Positions 29,281-39,702 of a DNA stretch of 64,000 nt are shown here, piece after piece. Source of the DNA: Candidatus Velesiimonas alkalicola (GTDB taxonomy: Bacteria; Omnitrophota; Gorgyraeia; Velesiimonadales; Velesiimonadaceae). Every line of letters begins with the position of its first letter. Positions within the stretch are counted from its first letter, which is position 1. The notes below the pieces were generated by a model that worked only from the letters and a program-made list of their open reading frames with translations, was not told the origin of the DNA and did no database searches. The position numbers and the translations under genes were made by a program. The stretch is from assembly GCA_013626165.1 (NCBI GenBank), contig NDHX01000001.1, positions 36,817 through 100,816 on the forward strand, given 5' to 3'.

Positions 29281-29895
29281 ATGAAAATAATAGGGTTAAC
29301 AGGTTGTATAGGTTCAGGGAAAACAACGGTTGCAAAAATTTTAAAAAGGCTTGGAGCGCAGATTATAGAAGCAGATGCTGTCTCGCATCAGCTCATCCAG
29401 CCAACGCACACAGGGCCCTTAAATGCATGGAAAAAGGTAGTAAAGATTTTTGGCACAGATATACTTTCTGCCGATAATAGAATTGACAGGAAAAAACTTT
29501 CTGAGATTGTATTTTCTAACCCTTCTTGTTTAAGGAAATTAGAATCTATCCTTCATCCTATGATTATAAATAATATAAAAAAACAGATTTTATATTTTAA
29601 AAAACAATCGGCAAGTTTTATTGTTATTGAAGCTCCTCTTTTAATAGAAACCGGCCTTGATAAAATTGTTGATAAAATAATAGTTGTAAAAACCCCGCAA
29701 GATATAAGATTAAGAAGAGTGTCCAAAAAACTTAAAATCACCATCAAAGATGTAAAAGAAAGAGAAAAACATCAATTAACACAGAAACAAAAACTGAAAT
29801 ATGCAGATTTTGTTATAGATAATTCAGGAAGCATTAAAGAAACAAGAAAACAAGTGGAAAAAATAGTAGGTAGTATTGTAGGAGGTAGTAGGTAG
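29281..29895 (+). CDS. coaE: Dephospho-CoA kinase
   Basis: IGLTGCIGSGKTT, IDRKKL, LHP, EAPLLIE, ADFVIDN. Confidence 0.95.
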   Translation: MKIIGLTGCIGSGKTTVAKILKRLGAQIIEADAVSHQLIQPTHTGPLNAWKKVVKIFGTDILSADNRIDRKKLSEIVFSNPSCLRKLESILHPMIINNIKKQILYFKKQSASFIVIEAPLLIETGLDKIVDKIIVVKTPQDIRLRRVSKKLKITIKDVKEREKHQLTQKQKLKYADFVIDNSGSIKETRKQVEKIVGSIVGGSR

Positions 29896-29984
29896 GAGGA
29901 TGATTGGCACTCCATAGGACATAGTCCATCGACTATGGACTAAGTTCATTCCCTATCTACTACCTACTATTCCCTGCCTACTAT
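29863..29984. repeat. TAGKAGG heptamer hairpin, copy 2, with nested GTCCATAG/CTATGGAC hairpin; overlaps the coaE stop
   Basis: Shares AAATAGTAGGTAG start and CCCTATCTAC right-arm start with the 13335 copy. Confidence 0.8.
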
Positions 29985-29998
29985 GTTTAAGGAGAAAT

Positions 29999-31258
29999 AT
30001 GGAAATAGATATAACCAAACTTCAGGGGATGAAGATTTCGGGGCTTACAAAGATAGCAAAGGAATTGCATATCAGTGGTACAACAAGCATTAAAAAACAG
30101 GACCTTGTTTTTAAAATTCTTCAAACACAGGCTGAAAAAGAAGGATTTATGTTTGGACAGGGCGTTCTTGAGATATTGCCCGATGGTTTTGGATTTTTAA
30201 GAAGCCCTAAATATAATTATCTTCCCAGTCCGGATGATATTTATATATCACCTTCGCAGATAAGAAGGTTTAATCTCTTAACAGGAGACACAGTAAGCGG
30301 ACAGATGAGGCCCCCCAAAGAGGGAGAAAAATATTTTGCATTACTTAAAGTTAAAGCAGTGAATGATTCTGATCCTGAATTGTCAAAAGATATTCCGCTT
30401 TTTGATAATCTTATTCCACTGTATCCGCATGAAAGATTAGTCTTAGAAGTACAATCAGAAGAAGTGTCAACAAGAATAATAAATCTTCTTACCCCCATTG
30501 GTAAAGGGCAGAGGGGTCTGATAGTTGCTCCTCCGTATAGTGGTAAGACTGTTCTTCTTCAAAAAATAGCAAATGCAATAACAACAAATCATGAAGAGGT
30601 CTATCTGATAGTTCTTCTTATAGACGAAAGGCCTGAGGAAGTTACGGATATGCAAAGGTCTGTAAAAGGAGAGGTGATAAGCTCTACATTTGATGAGCCT
30701 GCTGAACGACATGTCCAGATTGCAGAGATAGTTCTTGAAAAGGCAAAAAGGCTTGTTGAACATAAAAAGGATGTGGTAATTCTTCTTGATAGTATTACCC
30801 GTCTTGCACGCGCATATAACACAGTTGTTCCACCTTCCGGGAAACTGCTTTCAGGCGGTGTTGATGCAAACGCACTTCACAAACCGAAAAGGTTTTTTGG
30901 TGCCGCAAGGTCTATTGAAGAAGGGGGAAGCCTTACAATCCTTGCAACTGCTCTGATAGATACAGGTTCTCGTATGGATGAGGTAATATTTGAAGAGTTT
31001 AAAGGCACAGGAAATATGGAACTAACACTGGACAGGTCCCTTTTCCAGAGAAGGATTTATCCAGCAATTGATATAAAAAAGTCAAACACAAGAAAAGAGG
31101 AGCTTTTACTTACCCCAGAGGAATTAAGGCTGATGTGGGTATTAAGAAAGGTATTAAATGAGATGAACGGTATTGAGGCGATGGAGGCTCTTGCAAATAG
31201 ATTAAAAAAGACTAAAACCAATGCAGAGTTTTTAAAGAATATTACACAGGGGTTGTGA
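29999..31258 (+). CDS. rho: Transcription termination factor Rho
   Basis: [35 protein letters not shown]. Confidence 0.98.
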   Translation: MEIDITKLQGMKISGLTKIAKELHISGTTSIKKQDLVFKILQTQAEKEGFMFGQGVLEILPDGFGFLRSPKYNYLPSPDDIYISPSQIRRFNLLTGDTVSGQMRPPKEGEKYFALLKVKAVNDSDPELSKDIPLFDNLIPLYPHERLVLEVQSEEVSTRIINLLTPIGKGQRGLIVAPPYSGKTVLLQKIANAITTNHEEVYLIVLLIDERPEEVTDMQRSVKGEVISSTFDEPAERHVQIAEIVLEKAKRLVEHKKDVVILLDSITRLARAYNTVVPPSGKLLSGGVDANALHKPKRFFGAARSIEEGGSLTILATALIDTGSRMDEVIFEEFKGTGNMELTLDRSLFQRRIYPAIDIKKSNTRKEELLLTPEELRLMWVLRKVLNEMNGIEAMEALANRLKKTKTNAEFLKNITQGL

Positions 31259-31314
31259 ATGTGATACAATATTTTGGGGTCTGATGAGGTTTCTAAATAA
31301 TAAAAAGGAGCGAT

Positions 31315-31518
31315 ATGAAAGAAAAAATACATCCCATGTTAAAAGAAACAACAATAACCTGTGTGTGCGGGAATGTTATAAGGACACGCTCTACAAAAGA
31401 AAATATAAGAGTAGAAATATGTAGCAGTTGTCATCCTTTTTATACGGGCAAACAAAAATTTATTGATACCGCAGGACGCATAGATAGATTCAAAAAAAAG
31501 TATGGAAAAAAGCCTTGA
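31315..31518 (+). CDS. rpmE: 50S ribosomal protein L31 (Zn-binding type)
   Basis: [23 protein letters not shown]. Confidence 0.97.
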   Translation: MKEKIHPMLKETTITCVCGNVIRTRSTKENIRVEICSSCHPFYTGKQKFIDTAGRIDRFKKKYGKKP

Positions 31519-32593
31519 AGAAACTACAAAAAAGTATTTTGAAGGTCTTTTAAACAGAATAAAAGAAATTGACGCTCTGTTCTCCGGCGGAACCTCTGAT
31601 ACATCTTCTTATATAAATCTTGCGAAGGAAAAAAATAAAATCCTTCCCTTGGTTGAAACATACAACAGGTTCTGCTCTATTTGTAGACAGTATGAAGATA
31701 CAGAGCAATTACTTTCAACTGTTCAAGAAGACCAACAGATTATCGAACTTGCCAGAGAAGAATTAACAAGCCTTCAAAATGAAAAGGCAGAGATTCTTAC
31801 AAAACTTGAAGATTTTCTCATCGGTGAAAAAAAGGAAGAGAATCAGAATATTATACTTGAGATAAGGGCCGGAACAGGAGGGGCAGAAGCAGCACTTTTT
31901 GTTGCCGACCTTTGCCGTATGTATAACAGATATGCACAATCAAAAGGCTGGAAGTGGGAATCTATGGATACACACCCTTCGGAGTTTGGCGGATTAAAAG
32001 AGGTGGTTATTAGTATAGAGGGTGAAAGTGTCTATAACCTGATGAAGCATGAAAGCGGTGTGCACAGAGTCCAGAGGGTTCCGGTTACAGAGGCAGGCGG
32101 CAGGATACATACTTCTACTGCAAGCGTGGCTGTTATGCAGGAGGCAGAAGATATAGATATAAAAATAGATCCTAAAGATATAAAAATAGATGTTTATCGT
32201 TCAGGTGGTAAGGGTGGACAGGGTGTAAATACAACAGATTCTGCTGTTCGTCTTACACATGTCCCCAGTAAGATGGTTGTAACCTGCCAGGATGAAAGGT
32301 CGCAATTGAAAAATAAAAACAGGGCAATGAAAGTATTAAGGGCAAGGCTATATGATTTATATAAAAAAGAACAGGAAAAAGAACTTGCAAAAACAAGAAA
32401 ATTGCAGATTGGAAGTGCAGAAAGAAGTGAAAAAATAAGGACATATAATTTTTCCGAACACAGAATAACAGACCATAGAATTGGGCTAACAGCTTATAGG
32501 CTACAGGAAGTAATGGACGGGAATCTTGATATAATATTAGAACCCCTTCTTACTTTTGCAAGAGAAGAGCAGTTGAAAAAAATTTTAGTATGA
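31502..32593 (+). CDS. prfA: Peptide chain release factor 1
   Basis: PVT recognition tripeptide, GGQ, IRTYNF. Confidence 0.96.
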   Translation: MEKSLEETTKKYFEGLLNRIKEIDALFSGGTSDTSSYINLAKEKNKILPLVETYNRFCSICRQYEDTEQLLSTVQEDQQIIELAREELTSLQNEKAEILTKLEDFLIGEKKEENQNIILEIRAGTGGAEAALFVADLCRMYNRYAQSKGWKWESMDTHPSEFGGLKEVVISIEGESVYNLMKHESGVHRVQRVPVTEAGGRIHTSTASVAVMQEAEDIDIKIDPKDIKIDVYRSGGKGGQGVNTTDSAVRLTHVPSKMVVTCQDERSQLKNKNRAMKVLRARLYDLYKKEQEKELAKTRKLQIGSAERSEKIRTYNFSEHRITDHRIGLTAYRLQEVMDGNLDIILEPLLTFAREEQLKKILV

Positions 32594-33420
32594 TTCAAAC
32601 TCCAATTAATGTTGTCCAAGAGGGAACGGGGCTTCTTTCTGATGTAGATGGAATAAAAAATCCTGAACAGGAGGCCGCTTTTTTATTCAGAGAATTGTTT
32701 GGAGAAGAATATTGTTTTTTTGAGGGAGAAATTTTAAAATCCCGTTATTCTAAATATATTGAATATATAAATAAAAGAAGAGCTCTTTACCCTATCCAAT
32801 ATATAACCGGAAAGGCATATTTTGATGATATAATTTATGAGGTTGGCGAGGGAGTTTTTATACCGAGGCAGGATACAGAATTACTTATAGAAGAAGCAGT
32901 AAGGGTTTATAAAGGCGGTAACATACTTGATATATGCACAGGCTGTGGCAATATAGCCATTAGTCTTGCAAAAAGATTTAAGGAAAGCAGAATATTTGCA
33001 ACTGATATATCACAGAAGGCAATCTCTTGTGCAAAAAAAAATGCACACAGGATCCTTCCCTGTTATGATATAAGATGGATGTGTACAAATTTGTGGAATG
33101 GAATAAGCAATACAAAATTTTCTCTTATTGTCTCAAATCCGCCTTACCTTTCATCAAAGGATTTGTTAAATATTCCGGATAATGTCAAAAAAGAACCCAT
33201 AACAGCATTATATGGCGGGAAAAACGGGTGTGTAATCATTAAAAGAATAATAAAAAAGGCATGGCAGATGTTAGAAGACGGCGGTTATATTCTGATTGAG
33301 ATAGGAGATAATCACAAAATAGATGTTTTAAGTATGGCAGAAGGAACAAAACGGTACAAAAGATTTTATACAATAAAAAATTTATTCGGTATTGACAGGA
33401 TATTGTGCTTACGGGGCTGA
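32590..33420 (+). CDS. prmC: Release factor glutamine methyltransferase
   Basis: PIQYITG, FIPR, DICTGCG, SNPPY; follows prfA. Confidence 0.93.
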   Translation: MIQTPINVVQEGTGLLSDVDGIKNPEQEAAFLFRELFGEEYCFFEGEILKSRYSKYIEYINKRRALYPIQYITGKAYFDDIIYEVGEGVFIPRQDTELLIEEAVRVYKGGNILDICTGCGNIAISLAKRFKESRIFATDISQKAISCAKKNAHRILPCYDIRWMCTNLWNGISNTKFSLIVSNPPYLSSKDLLNIPDNVKKEPITALYGGKNGCVIIKRIIKKAWQMLEDGGYILIEIGDNHKIDVLSMAEGTKRYKRFYTIKNLFGIDRILCLRG

Positions 33421-33424
33421 ATTT

Positions 33425-34687
33425 ATGGATAAATTTGTCATAGAAGGTGGGTATGAACTAAAGGGAAGTATTCAGGTAAGCGGCTCAAAAAATTCTGCTC
33501 TTCCAATACTTGCTGCAACACTTCTTACAAATGAACCGTGTGTTATAGAAAATGTTCCTAATCTGAAAGACACCCGCTCTATGATAAAACTTTTAAAGGG
33601 GCTTGGTGCAGATATTCAATGGACAGGAACAACCATAATGGTTCATTCAGGTGAAGATATAGGAACAGAGGCTCCTTATGAGATTGTCCGAGAGATGAGA
33701 GCATCGTTCTGTGTTCTTGGACCTATTCTTGCAAGAAAAAAAACAGCCAGAGTATCTTTTCCTGGTGGGTGTATTATAGGAGCAAGACCTGTTGACCTGC
33801 ATCTTAAGGGAATGTCTTTACTTGGTGCAGATATAAAAATAGAAGACGGTTATGTTGTTGCAAATACAAAAGGATTAAGGGGTTCACGGATATATCTTGC
33901 AGGAGCCTACGGCTCGTCTGTTCTTGCAACAGCAAATGTTATGATGGCGGCAAGTCTTGCAAAAGGCACCACACTTATAGAAAACGCGGCTTCTGAACCG
34001 GAGGTTGCCGACCTTGCAAGGTTTCTTATAAAAATGGGTGCAAAGATAAAAGGCACAGGCAACTCTATTTTAGAAATAACAGGTGTCCAACACTTAAAAG
34101 GTATCAGGCACAGGATAATACCGGACAGGATTGAGGCAGGGACATTTGCAATTGCAGGCGCAATGATTGGTGAGGATGTAAAAATAAAAAATTGTATAAA
34201 TGAGCATATGGGCGCGGTAATTAATTTTTTAAAAGAGGCAGATATTCCCTTACAAGCAAAAGAGGACTACTTATGGGTAAGGAAACCCAAATCAAGAAAA
34301 AGTGTAAGCATTACAACACTTCCTTACCCCGGTTTTCCGACAGATCTTCAGGCACAGGCAATGGCTTTAATGTCTATTACACCCGGGATATCTGTTATAT
34401 GTGAAAAAATTTTTCCGAATAGGTTTACACATGTTGCAGAACTGGGCAGGATGGGGGCAAATATAGGAATAGAGGGGCAGTCTGCTATTGTTCAGGGCGT
34501 TAAATATTTAAGCGGTGCGCCGCTTACGGTATCTGATTTAAGGGCGGGCGCAGCACTTGTCCTTGCAGGACTTGTTGCGAAAGGAAAAACAGAGGTTTTG
34601 CGTGCGTATCATCTTGATAGAGGATATGAACAGATGGAACAAAAACTCTCTAAACTCGGTGCTTGTATAAAAAGAGAAAAGGAGTGA
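33425..34687 (+). CDS. murA: UDP-N-acetylglucosamine 1-carboxyvinyltransferase
   Basis: SGSKNSALP, PGGCIIGARP, PDRIEAGT, DLRAG, DRGY. Confidence 0.97.
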   Translation: MDKFVIEGGYELKGSIQVSGSKNSALPILAATLLTNEPCVIENVPNLKDTRSMIKLLKGLGADIQWTGTTIMVHSGEDIGTEAPYEIVREMRASFCVLGPILARKKTARVSFPGGCIIGARPVDLHLKGMSLLGADIKIEDGYVVANTKGLRGSRIYLAGAYGSSVLATANVMMAASLAKGTTLIENAASEPEVADLARFLIKMGAKIKGTGNSILEITGVQHLKGIRHRIIPDRIEAGTFAIAGAMIGEDVKIKNCINEHMGAVINFLKEADIPLQAKEDYLWVRKPKSRKSVSITTLPYPGFPTDLQAQAMALMSITPGISVICEKIFPNRFTHVAELGRMGANIGIEGQSAIVQGVKYLSGAPLTVSDLRAGAALVLAGLVAKGKTEVLRAYHLDRGYEQMEQKLSKLGACIKREKE

Positions 34688-34691
34688 TCAT

Positions 34692-34943
34692 ATGGTAGTA
34701 ATAAGACTAAAAAGATTTGGAACACATAAAAGGCCGTTTTATCGTGTTATTGCTTGTGATAAACGGGTTCCAAGAGAAGGCAGGGCCCTTGAAGAACTTG
34801 GGTATTATGACCCAATTCCAAATCCTGCTGTTATAAAATTAAAACGGGATAGAATAGAATACTGGATAAGCAAAGGTGCAAAACTTTCTGAAACAGTGGA
34901 AAGTTTGTTAAAATCAAAAAATAAAACACCCATCAGTAGTTAG
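34692..34943 (+). CDS. rpsP: 30S ribosomal protein S16
   Basis: IRLKRFG, PFYRVI, LGYYDP. Confidence 0.97.
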   Translation: MVVIRLKRFGTHKRPFYRVIACDKRVPREGRALEELGYYDPIPNPAVIKLKRDRIEYWISKGAKLSETVESLLKSKNKTPISS

Positions 34944-34958
34944 ATATAAGATTTCGAT

Positions 34959-35654
34959 ATGAAAATAGATATACTTACACTATTTCCGGAAATGTTTGAT
35001 TGTATTGTTAAGACATCTATGTGGAAGATTGCCATAAAAAGAAGTGCCGTAGATATACAGGTGCATAACATAAGGGATTGGACATATAATAAGCATAAAA
35101 AAGCAGACGACAGACCATATGGTGGAGGGGCTGGTATGGTTTTAAGTCCTGAACCCATATTTGAGGCAGTAGAGCAATTGCGTTCTAAAAGTCCATATCC
35201 AAAAGATGTTCATATAATTCTTACCATCCCCAGAGGGGTTCTTTTTACACAGGCACAGGCACAACATATTTCAACATATAAACATATAATTGTTTTGTGT
35301 GGACATTATGAAGGTATAGACGAAAGAGTTTCAGAGGTGCTTGTTACAGATGAAATTTCAATAGGAGATTATATTCTTACATCAGGCGAAATTGCAGGAA
35401 TGGTTATAATAGATGCAGTATTAAGGCTTGTTCCCGGTGTTTTAGGTGACCCAAATTCAAAGTACGAAGAATCATTCCTAACAGGGACATTAGAATATCC
35501 TCATTACACAAGACCTTCACAGTACAGGGGATTGAATGTGCCAGATGTTCTTCTTTCAGGTAACCATAAGGCCATAAAAAAATGGAGAAAAGAGCAGGCA
35601 GAAAAAATAACAAGAGAAAAAAGACCAGATTTGTTAAAAAAAGATAGGCCTTAA
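34959..35654 (+). CDS. trmD: tRNA (guanine37-N1)-methyltransferase
   Basis: DDRPYGGGAGMV, CGHYEGIDER, SIGDYIL, YPHYTRP. Confidence 0.97.
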   Translation: MKIDILTLFPEMFDCIVKTSMWKIAIKRSAVDIQVHNIRDWTYNKHKKADDRPYGGGAGMVLSPEPIFEAVEQLRSKSPYPKDVHIILTIPRGVLFTQAQAQHISTYKHIIVLCGHYEGIDERVSEVLVTDEISIGDYILTSGEIAGMVIIDAVLRLVPGVLGDPNSKYEESFLTGTLEYPHYTRPSQYRGLNVPDVLLSGNHKAIKKWRKEQAEKITREKRPDLLKKDRP

Positions 35655-35695
35655 GCTCCTTGCACTTACAGGAGTTAAGGTAAGTAGGAGGCAGA

Positions 35696-36181
35696 ATGGC
35701 AGCACTTAATAGCTTAAAAAAAATTGGTTTAATAGAAAGCGGTTTTTTAAAAAAGGATATTCCATCTTTTAGTGTAGGAGATACTGTTCGTATATACACA
35801 AAGATAACAGAAGAAGAGAAGACAAGGACACAGATGTTTGAAGGCACTGTTATAAGAAAGTCAGGGAAGTCTATATCCTCAACGGTTATATTAAGAAAAG
35901 TAATAGGTTCTGATGCAGTGGAAAAGATGTTCCCCTTACATTCTCCGAATGTTGATAAAATAATAAAGGTAAAAAGTGGCAAAGTAAGACGGGCCCGTCT
36001 TTATTACCTGAGGCACAGACTTGGAAAGGGACTAAAAATTGAAAGCTACCAGCCCACCCATGGCGTTGAAAACCTTACCCATTCCACTGGGCGGGAAGTC
36101 TTGGCCGAAAAAGGCAGAAAGAAGCAGGAATCAAAAACGGCTCCAGAGACTGCTCCAGCTGGACAGGGAACTTCGCAGTAA
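35696..36181 (+). CDS. rplS: 50S ribosomal protein L19 with C-terminal extension
   Basis: FSVGDTV, FEGTVI, FPLHSP, GKVRRARLYYLR. Confidence 0.95.
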   Translation: MAALNSLKKIGLIESGFLKKDIPSFSVGDTVRIYTKITEEEKTRTQMFEGTVIRKSGKSISSTVILRKVIGSDAVEKMFPLHSPNVDKIIKVKSGKVRRARLYYLRHRLGKGLKIESYQPTHGVENLTHSTGREVLAEKGRKKQESKTAPETAPAGQGTSQ

Positions 36182-36779
36182 GGGTTATAAAACAATCGCA
36201 GGTGTAGACGAAGCAGGCAGAGGTCCTTTAGCAGGGCCTGTTGTATCTGCTGCTGTGTGTCTTCTACAAACAGATTTCACATCTGTTATTGCAGACTCAA
36301 AGCTCCTTTCAAACAAGCAGAGGCAGGAAGCATATATTGAAATACTAAGAAAAGCATATATTGGTATAGGAATAGCCGCAGAAGGCAGGATTGATGCCGA
36401 TAATATTCACAGGGCTACGCTTTATTCAATGAAAAAGGCTGTGAACAATTTAATTGTCAAGCCTGATTGTATTATTGTAGACGGTCCTTATACTCCAAAG
36501 TTTGATTTTGAAATTCCAGCCTTTCCGATAGTGTCTGGTGATAACAGGTCCTGCAGTATTGCCTGCGCCTCAATTATTGCAAAGGTTACAAGAGACTGGA
36601 TTATGGACCACTATGATAAGGTTTTCCCTTCCTACGGATTTTCAAAAAACAAAGGCTATGGAACCCCCTTCCATCTTTCTTCAATAAAAAATTTAGGGCT
36701 CTCCTCTATTCATAGAAAAACATTTATAATCAAGTCGCTTGCCGCTTCTTATGTTGTTCCTGTAAAACTTGTCCCCTGA
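36060..36779 (+). CDS. rnhB: Ribonuclease HII (start uncertain, overlaps rplS)
   Basis: GVDEAGRGPLAGPV, DSK, ASIIAKVTRD, NKGYGT, HRKTF. Confidence 0.92.
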   Translation: MALKTLPIPLGGKSWPKKAERSRNQKRLQRLLQLDRELRSKGYKTIAGVDEAGRGPLAGPVVSAAVCLLQTDFTSVIADSKLLSNKQRQEAYIEILRKAYIGIGIAAEGRIDADNIHRATLYSMKKAVNNLIVKPDCIIVDGPYTPKFDFEIPAFPIVSGDNRSCSIACASIIAKVTRDWIMDHYDKVFPSYGFSKNKGYGTPFHLSSIKNLGLSSIHRKTFIIKSLAASYVVPVKLVP

Positions 36780-36855
36780 CTTTTATGTGGGGCAGGTTTA
36801 GAATAAATTTAAAATTAGTGAGGAAAATCTCAATGTATATCTCAGAGTTAAAATT

Positions 36856-37212
36856 ATGGATAACTTAGGAAAAACAGGTGAAAAACATGCGGTCAACTTC
36901 TTAAAACAAAACGGATACAGGATACAACAATGCAACTGGAAGTGTCCGTTGGGCGAGATTGATATAATTGCATCTGACAGGGATATATTGTGTATCATAG
37001 AGGTTAAGACAAGACAAGACCAAGAGTTTGGAGGGCCCTGGGATGCAATAAATGATAGGAAAAAACACAAAATATCAAAACTTGCCCAGTGGTATTGTAG
37101 CCAAAAAGGTATAAAAAACAGATCTCTCAGATTTGATGTGGTTCTGTTATGGGCAGATTCCGATGGTAAGATAACAAATACTGAACTTTTAAGAGATGCA
37201 ATCAGGTTGTAG
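36856..37212 (+). CDS. yraN: YraN (UPF0102) family nuclease
   Basis: GKTGE, GEIDII, IEVKTR, RFDVV. Confidence 0.93.
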   Translation: MDNLGKTGEKHAVNFLKQNGYRIQQCNWKCPLGEIDIIASDRDILCIIEVKTRQDQEFGGPWDAINDRKKHKISKLAQWYCSQKGIKNRSLRFDVVLLWADSDGKITNTELLRDAIRL

Positions 37213-37369
37213 TGTGGTGTTTTGCTTGTTCCACTTGTCCTGTTATTGTGAATGAAATGAAACAAACCCTGTTTTCATAATACTTAAAACTGCCACCCTG
37301 ATCTTAAGAGCATTCGGGACAAGTGAGTTTCTGTACTACAGGAATAAAATAATTAGAAAAGAAAAATAT

Positions 37370-37855
37370 ATGAAAAAACTCGTTGTCTATTATTCCTTTG
37401 AAGGCAATACAAAACTAATTGCTGAACATATTGCAAAGATGATAAATGCGGATATTCTTGAACTGAAACCAAAAATAGAAATTAAAACGAAAGGATTTAT
37501 GAAATATTTCTGGGGAGGAAAACAAGCTGTGTTGAAAACCAAACCAGAATTATTGCCTTTTGATAAAAGTGTTCAGGATTATGATGTATTATTTATAGGT
37601 ACTCCTGTATGGGCCTGGACATATACACCTCCGCTTAACACATTGTTTACTTCTTGTCATATATCAGATAAAAAAATAGCTCTGTTCTGTTGCCATGGTG
37701 GAAGTAGAGGAAAAATTTTTGATAAAATGAAAAAGGCATTGGGAAACAATCAAATTTTAGGAGAAATTGATTTTCAAGACCCATTAAAAAACAATACTGA
37801 TGCAAATATCCAAAGAGCAAAAAAATGGGCAGAAAATATAATAAAAAACTTATAA
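37370..37855 (+). CDS. Flavodoxin family protein (probable gene cassette)
   Basis: VYYSFEGNT, IGTPVW; followed by an attC-like site. Confidence 0.88.
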   Translation: MKKLVVYYSFEGNTKLIAEHIAKMINADILELKPKIEIKTKGFMKYFWGGKQAVLKTKPELLPFDKSVQDYDVLFIGTPVWAWTYTPPLNTLFTSCHISDKKIALFCCHGGSRGKIFDKMKKALGNNQILGEIDFQDPLKNNTDANIQRAKKWAENIIKNL

Positions 37856-37887
37856 CGATTAACACAGTATGATGGTGACAAAACTTC

Positions 37888-37976
37888 ACCTAACACGGCA
37901 TAAAGGGTTCGTGTTTAACGGTCTTTGTCTAAATTTTTGCTTCGCAAAAACTTCTTTTATGCTGGGAATGTTAGGC
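37888..37976 (+). mobile_element. attC-like recombination site 1
   Basis: ACCTAAC ... GTTAGGC ends, inner arms CGGCATAAA/TTTATGCTG. Confidence 0.75.
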
Positions 37977-38026
37977 GAAATTTTGCGGTCATTTCTATAA
38001 GGTATTGTTTATAATACGATTACGAT

Positions 38027-38860
38027 ATGGACAAAAAAGAACTCGGGTCTAAAACTGCTAAAGGCGGTTTTGCCAATGAAAAAAGTATATGTAAGAAGTT
38101 TAATTCTTGGCAAAACGATAACGAAGCTCAGGAATGGCTTAAAATCATGGGCTACCATATTGATAAGCTGTCTTCAGTTAAAGCAATTCAAATTCCAACC
38201 AGAATAAAGAAAACCGATTTAGATAAATTTGAAATAGACGAGGAAGAATATGAAGCGTTAATGAAATTCAAAAAGGCTGATGCTCAAATAAGAATAATCA
38301 TAAAAATCGGTAATCTCCTGAAAATTGAAAATCTATCTCTAAAAAAGGCTAATTCCGATGCAGATTATAACCAAATTGATAAAAGAACCGTCGAGGCATA
38401 CCAAGAGATGTGGGGCTTTGATAATGAGATCGCTTTATGGCTAAAACTTTTCACGGGTGAATTAAATCCAAAATCATATTCAAAACTGGTAGGTAAAACC
38501 TCATTGAGAGACAAAAGGAGATTATTTATTAATGAAATGCCTGAAAGGATACAGGATAAAATTATCACCTTCTTCAAAAAGAATCGCATTATTGTAGTAA
38601 GCGACATATTAAAAGGGAGAGGCGGTCTATCTGCTAATTGGATGCTGGTAACCCGTTATAATAGAAGTGAGGATACAACTATATGGGCACTAAAAGATAT
38701 CAACACCGCAATGAATTTATTCGGCGGCGGTGATATTAAAATTTCACCCAAAGGTAGCCTTTACATTGGTAGAATCACAGCACAAAGAAAGGGTGGAACT
38801 CCTGACCCTACGAAGTTACAGTTCAAGATAAAACCTTGTGAATTATTTGAATTAGGGTAA
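38027..38860 (+). CDS. Type II restriction endonuclease, HinP1I/MspI-like family
   Basis: ELGSKTAKGGFANE, YNQIDKR, YQEMW, DILKGRG, QRKGG, LQFKIxPxELF match the recalled R.HinP1I pattern. Confidence 0.85.
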   Translation: MDKKELGSKTAKGGFANEKSICKKFNSWQNDNEAQEWLKIMGYHIDKLSSVKAIQIPTRIKKTDLDKFEIDEEEYEALMKFKKADAQIRIIIKIGNLLKIENLSLKKANSDADYNQIDKRTVEAYQEMWGFDNEIALWLKLFTGELNPKSYSKLVGKTSLRDKRRLFINEMPERIQDKIITFFKKNRIIVVSDILKGRGGLSANWMLVTRYNRSEDTTIWALKDINTAMNLFGGGDIKISPKGSLYIGRITAQRKGGTPDPTKLQFKIKPCELFELG

Positions 38861-38862
38861 AT

Positions 38863-39702
38863 ATGGAAGTCAATAAGGTTTATTTAGGTGATTGCATCAA
38901 AACAATGAGGGATTTCCCTCAAAATTCTGTAGATTTAGTATTTGCAGACCCACCATTTAATATTGGGATTAAGTACGATAAATACAATGATAACCTTTCT
39001 TATGTTGAATATTATAAATGGTCTGAAGACTGGATTAAAGAAACCTCCAGAGTTCTAAAGAAAGATGGCTCAATTTATATCGCAATAGGGGATGAATTTG
39101 CAGCAGAAATAAACATTATTCTAAAACGCACAGGATTTTATTTCAGGAATTGGATTATCTGGTATTACACCTTTGGACAAAACCAAAGAAAAAAGTTTAA
39201 TAGAGCACACGCCCATATTCTTTATTTCACAAAAGATAAAGAAAAGTTCAAATTTAATGGAGATACCATCAGAATACCATCTGCACGCCAATTAGTTTAC
39301 AATGACAGAAGGGCAAATCCACAAGGAAAAATTCCTGATGATGTCTGGGAATTCTCAAGGGTTTGTGGCACATTTAAAGAACGGCTGGGAGAACATCCTT
39401 GCCAAATGCCAGAAGCCTTATTAGAGAGAATAATTAAAGCAAGTTCAAGTTCTAATGATATTGTCTTAGACCCATTTGGTGGAACAGGCACAACCGCAGC
39501 AGTAGCAAAAAGATTGAAAAGACAATATATAACAATAGAAGCCTCTGAAAACTATTATGATGTAATAGTCAAAAGACTAAATGGACAAATTGAAGAAATA
39601 AAAAGAAATGTGAAACCAGACTTACAAAGACAAAGCACATTATTTAATTTTGATTATGACCGCAAAACTTCCGCTAACACAGCACAAACGACAAAGAAAT
39701 AA
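38863..39702 (+). CDS. Beta-class N4-cytosine/N6-adenine DNA methyltransferase
   Basis: DPPFN near N-terminus, HPCQMP, VLDPFGGTGTT; last codons run into attC-like site 2. Confidence 0.92.
   Translation: MEVNKVYLGDCIKTMRDFPQNSVDLVFADPPFNIGIKYDKYNDNLSYVEYYKWSEDWIKETSRVLKKDGSIYIAIGDEFAAEINIILKRTGFYFRNWIIWYYTFGQNQRKKFNRAHAHILYFTKDKEKFKFNGDTIRIPSARQLVYNDRRANPQGKIPDDVWEFSRVCGTFKERLGEHPCQMPEALLERIIKASSSSNDIVLDPFGGTGTTAAVAKRLKRQYITIEASENYYDVIVKRLNGQIEEIKRNVKPDLQRQSTLFNFDYDRKTSANTAQTTKK

Noticed and set aside
35649-35680. Hairpin before rplS as an L19 leader RNA
   Set aside because: A single stem overlapping the trmD stop; cannot be matched to a known leader by eye
37209-37225. TAGTGTGGTGT-like words (also ~16673 and ~61020) as IS ends
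   Set aside because: Too short and unpaired to support a call
37257-37369. attI site or 5' boundary of the flavodoxin cassette
   Set aside because: No match to the expected GTTAGGTGAAGTTTTG start and no integrase gene adjacent
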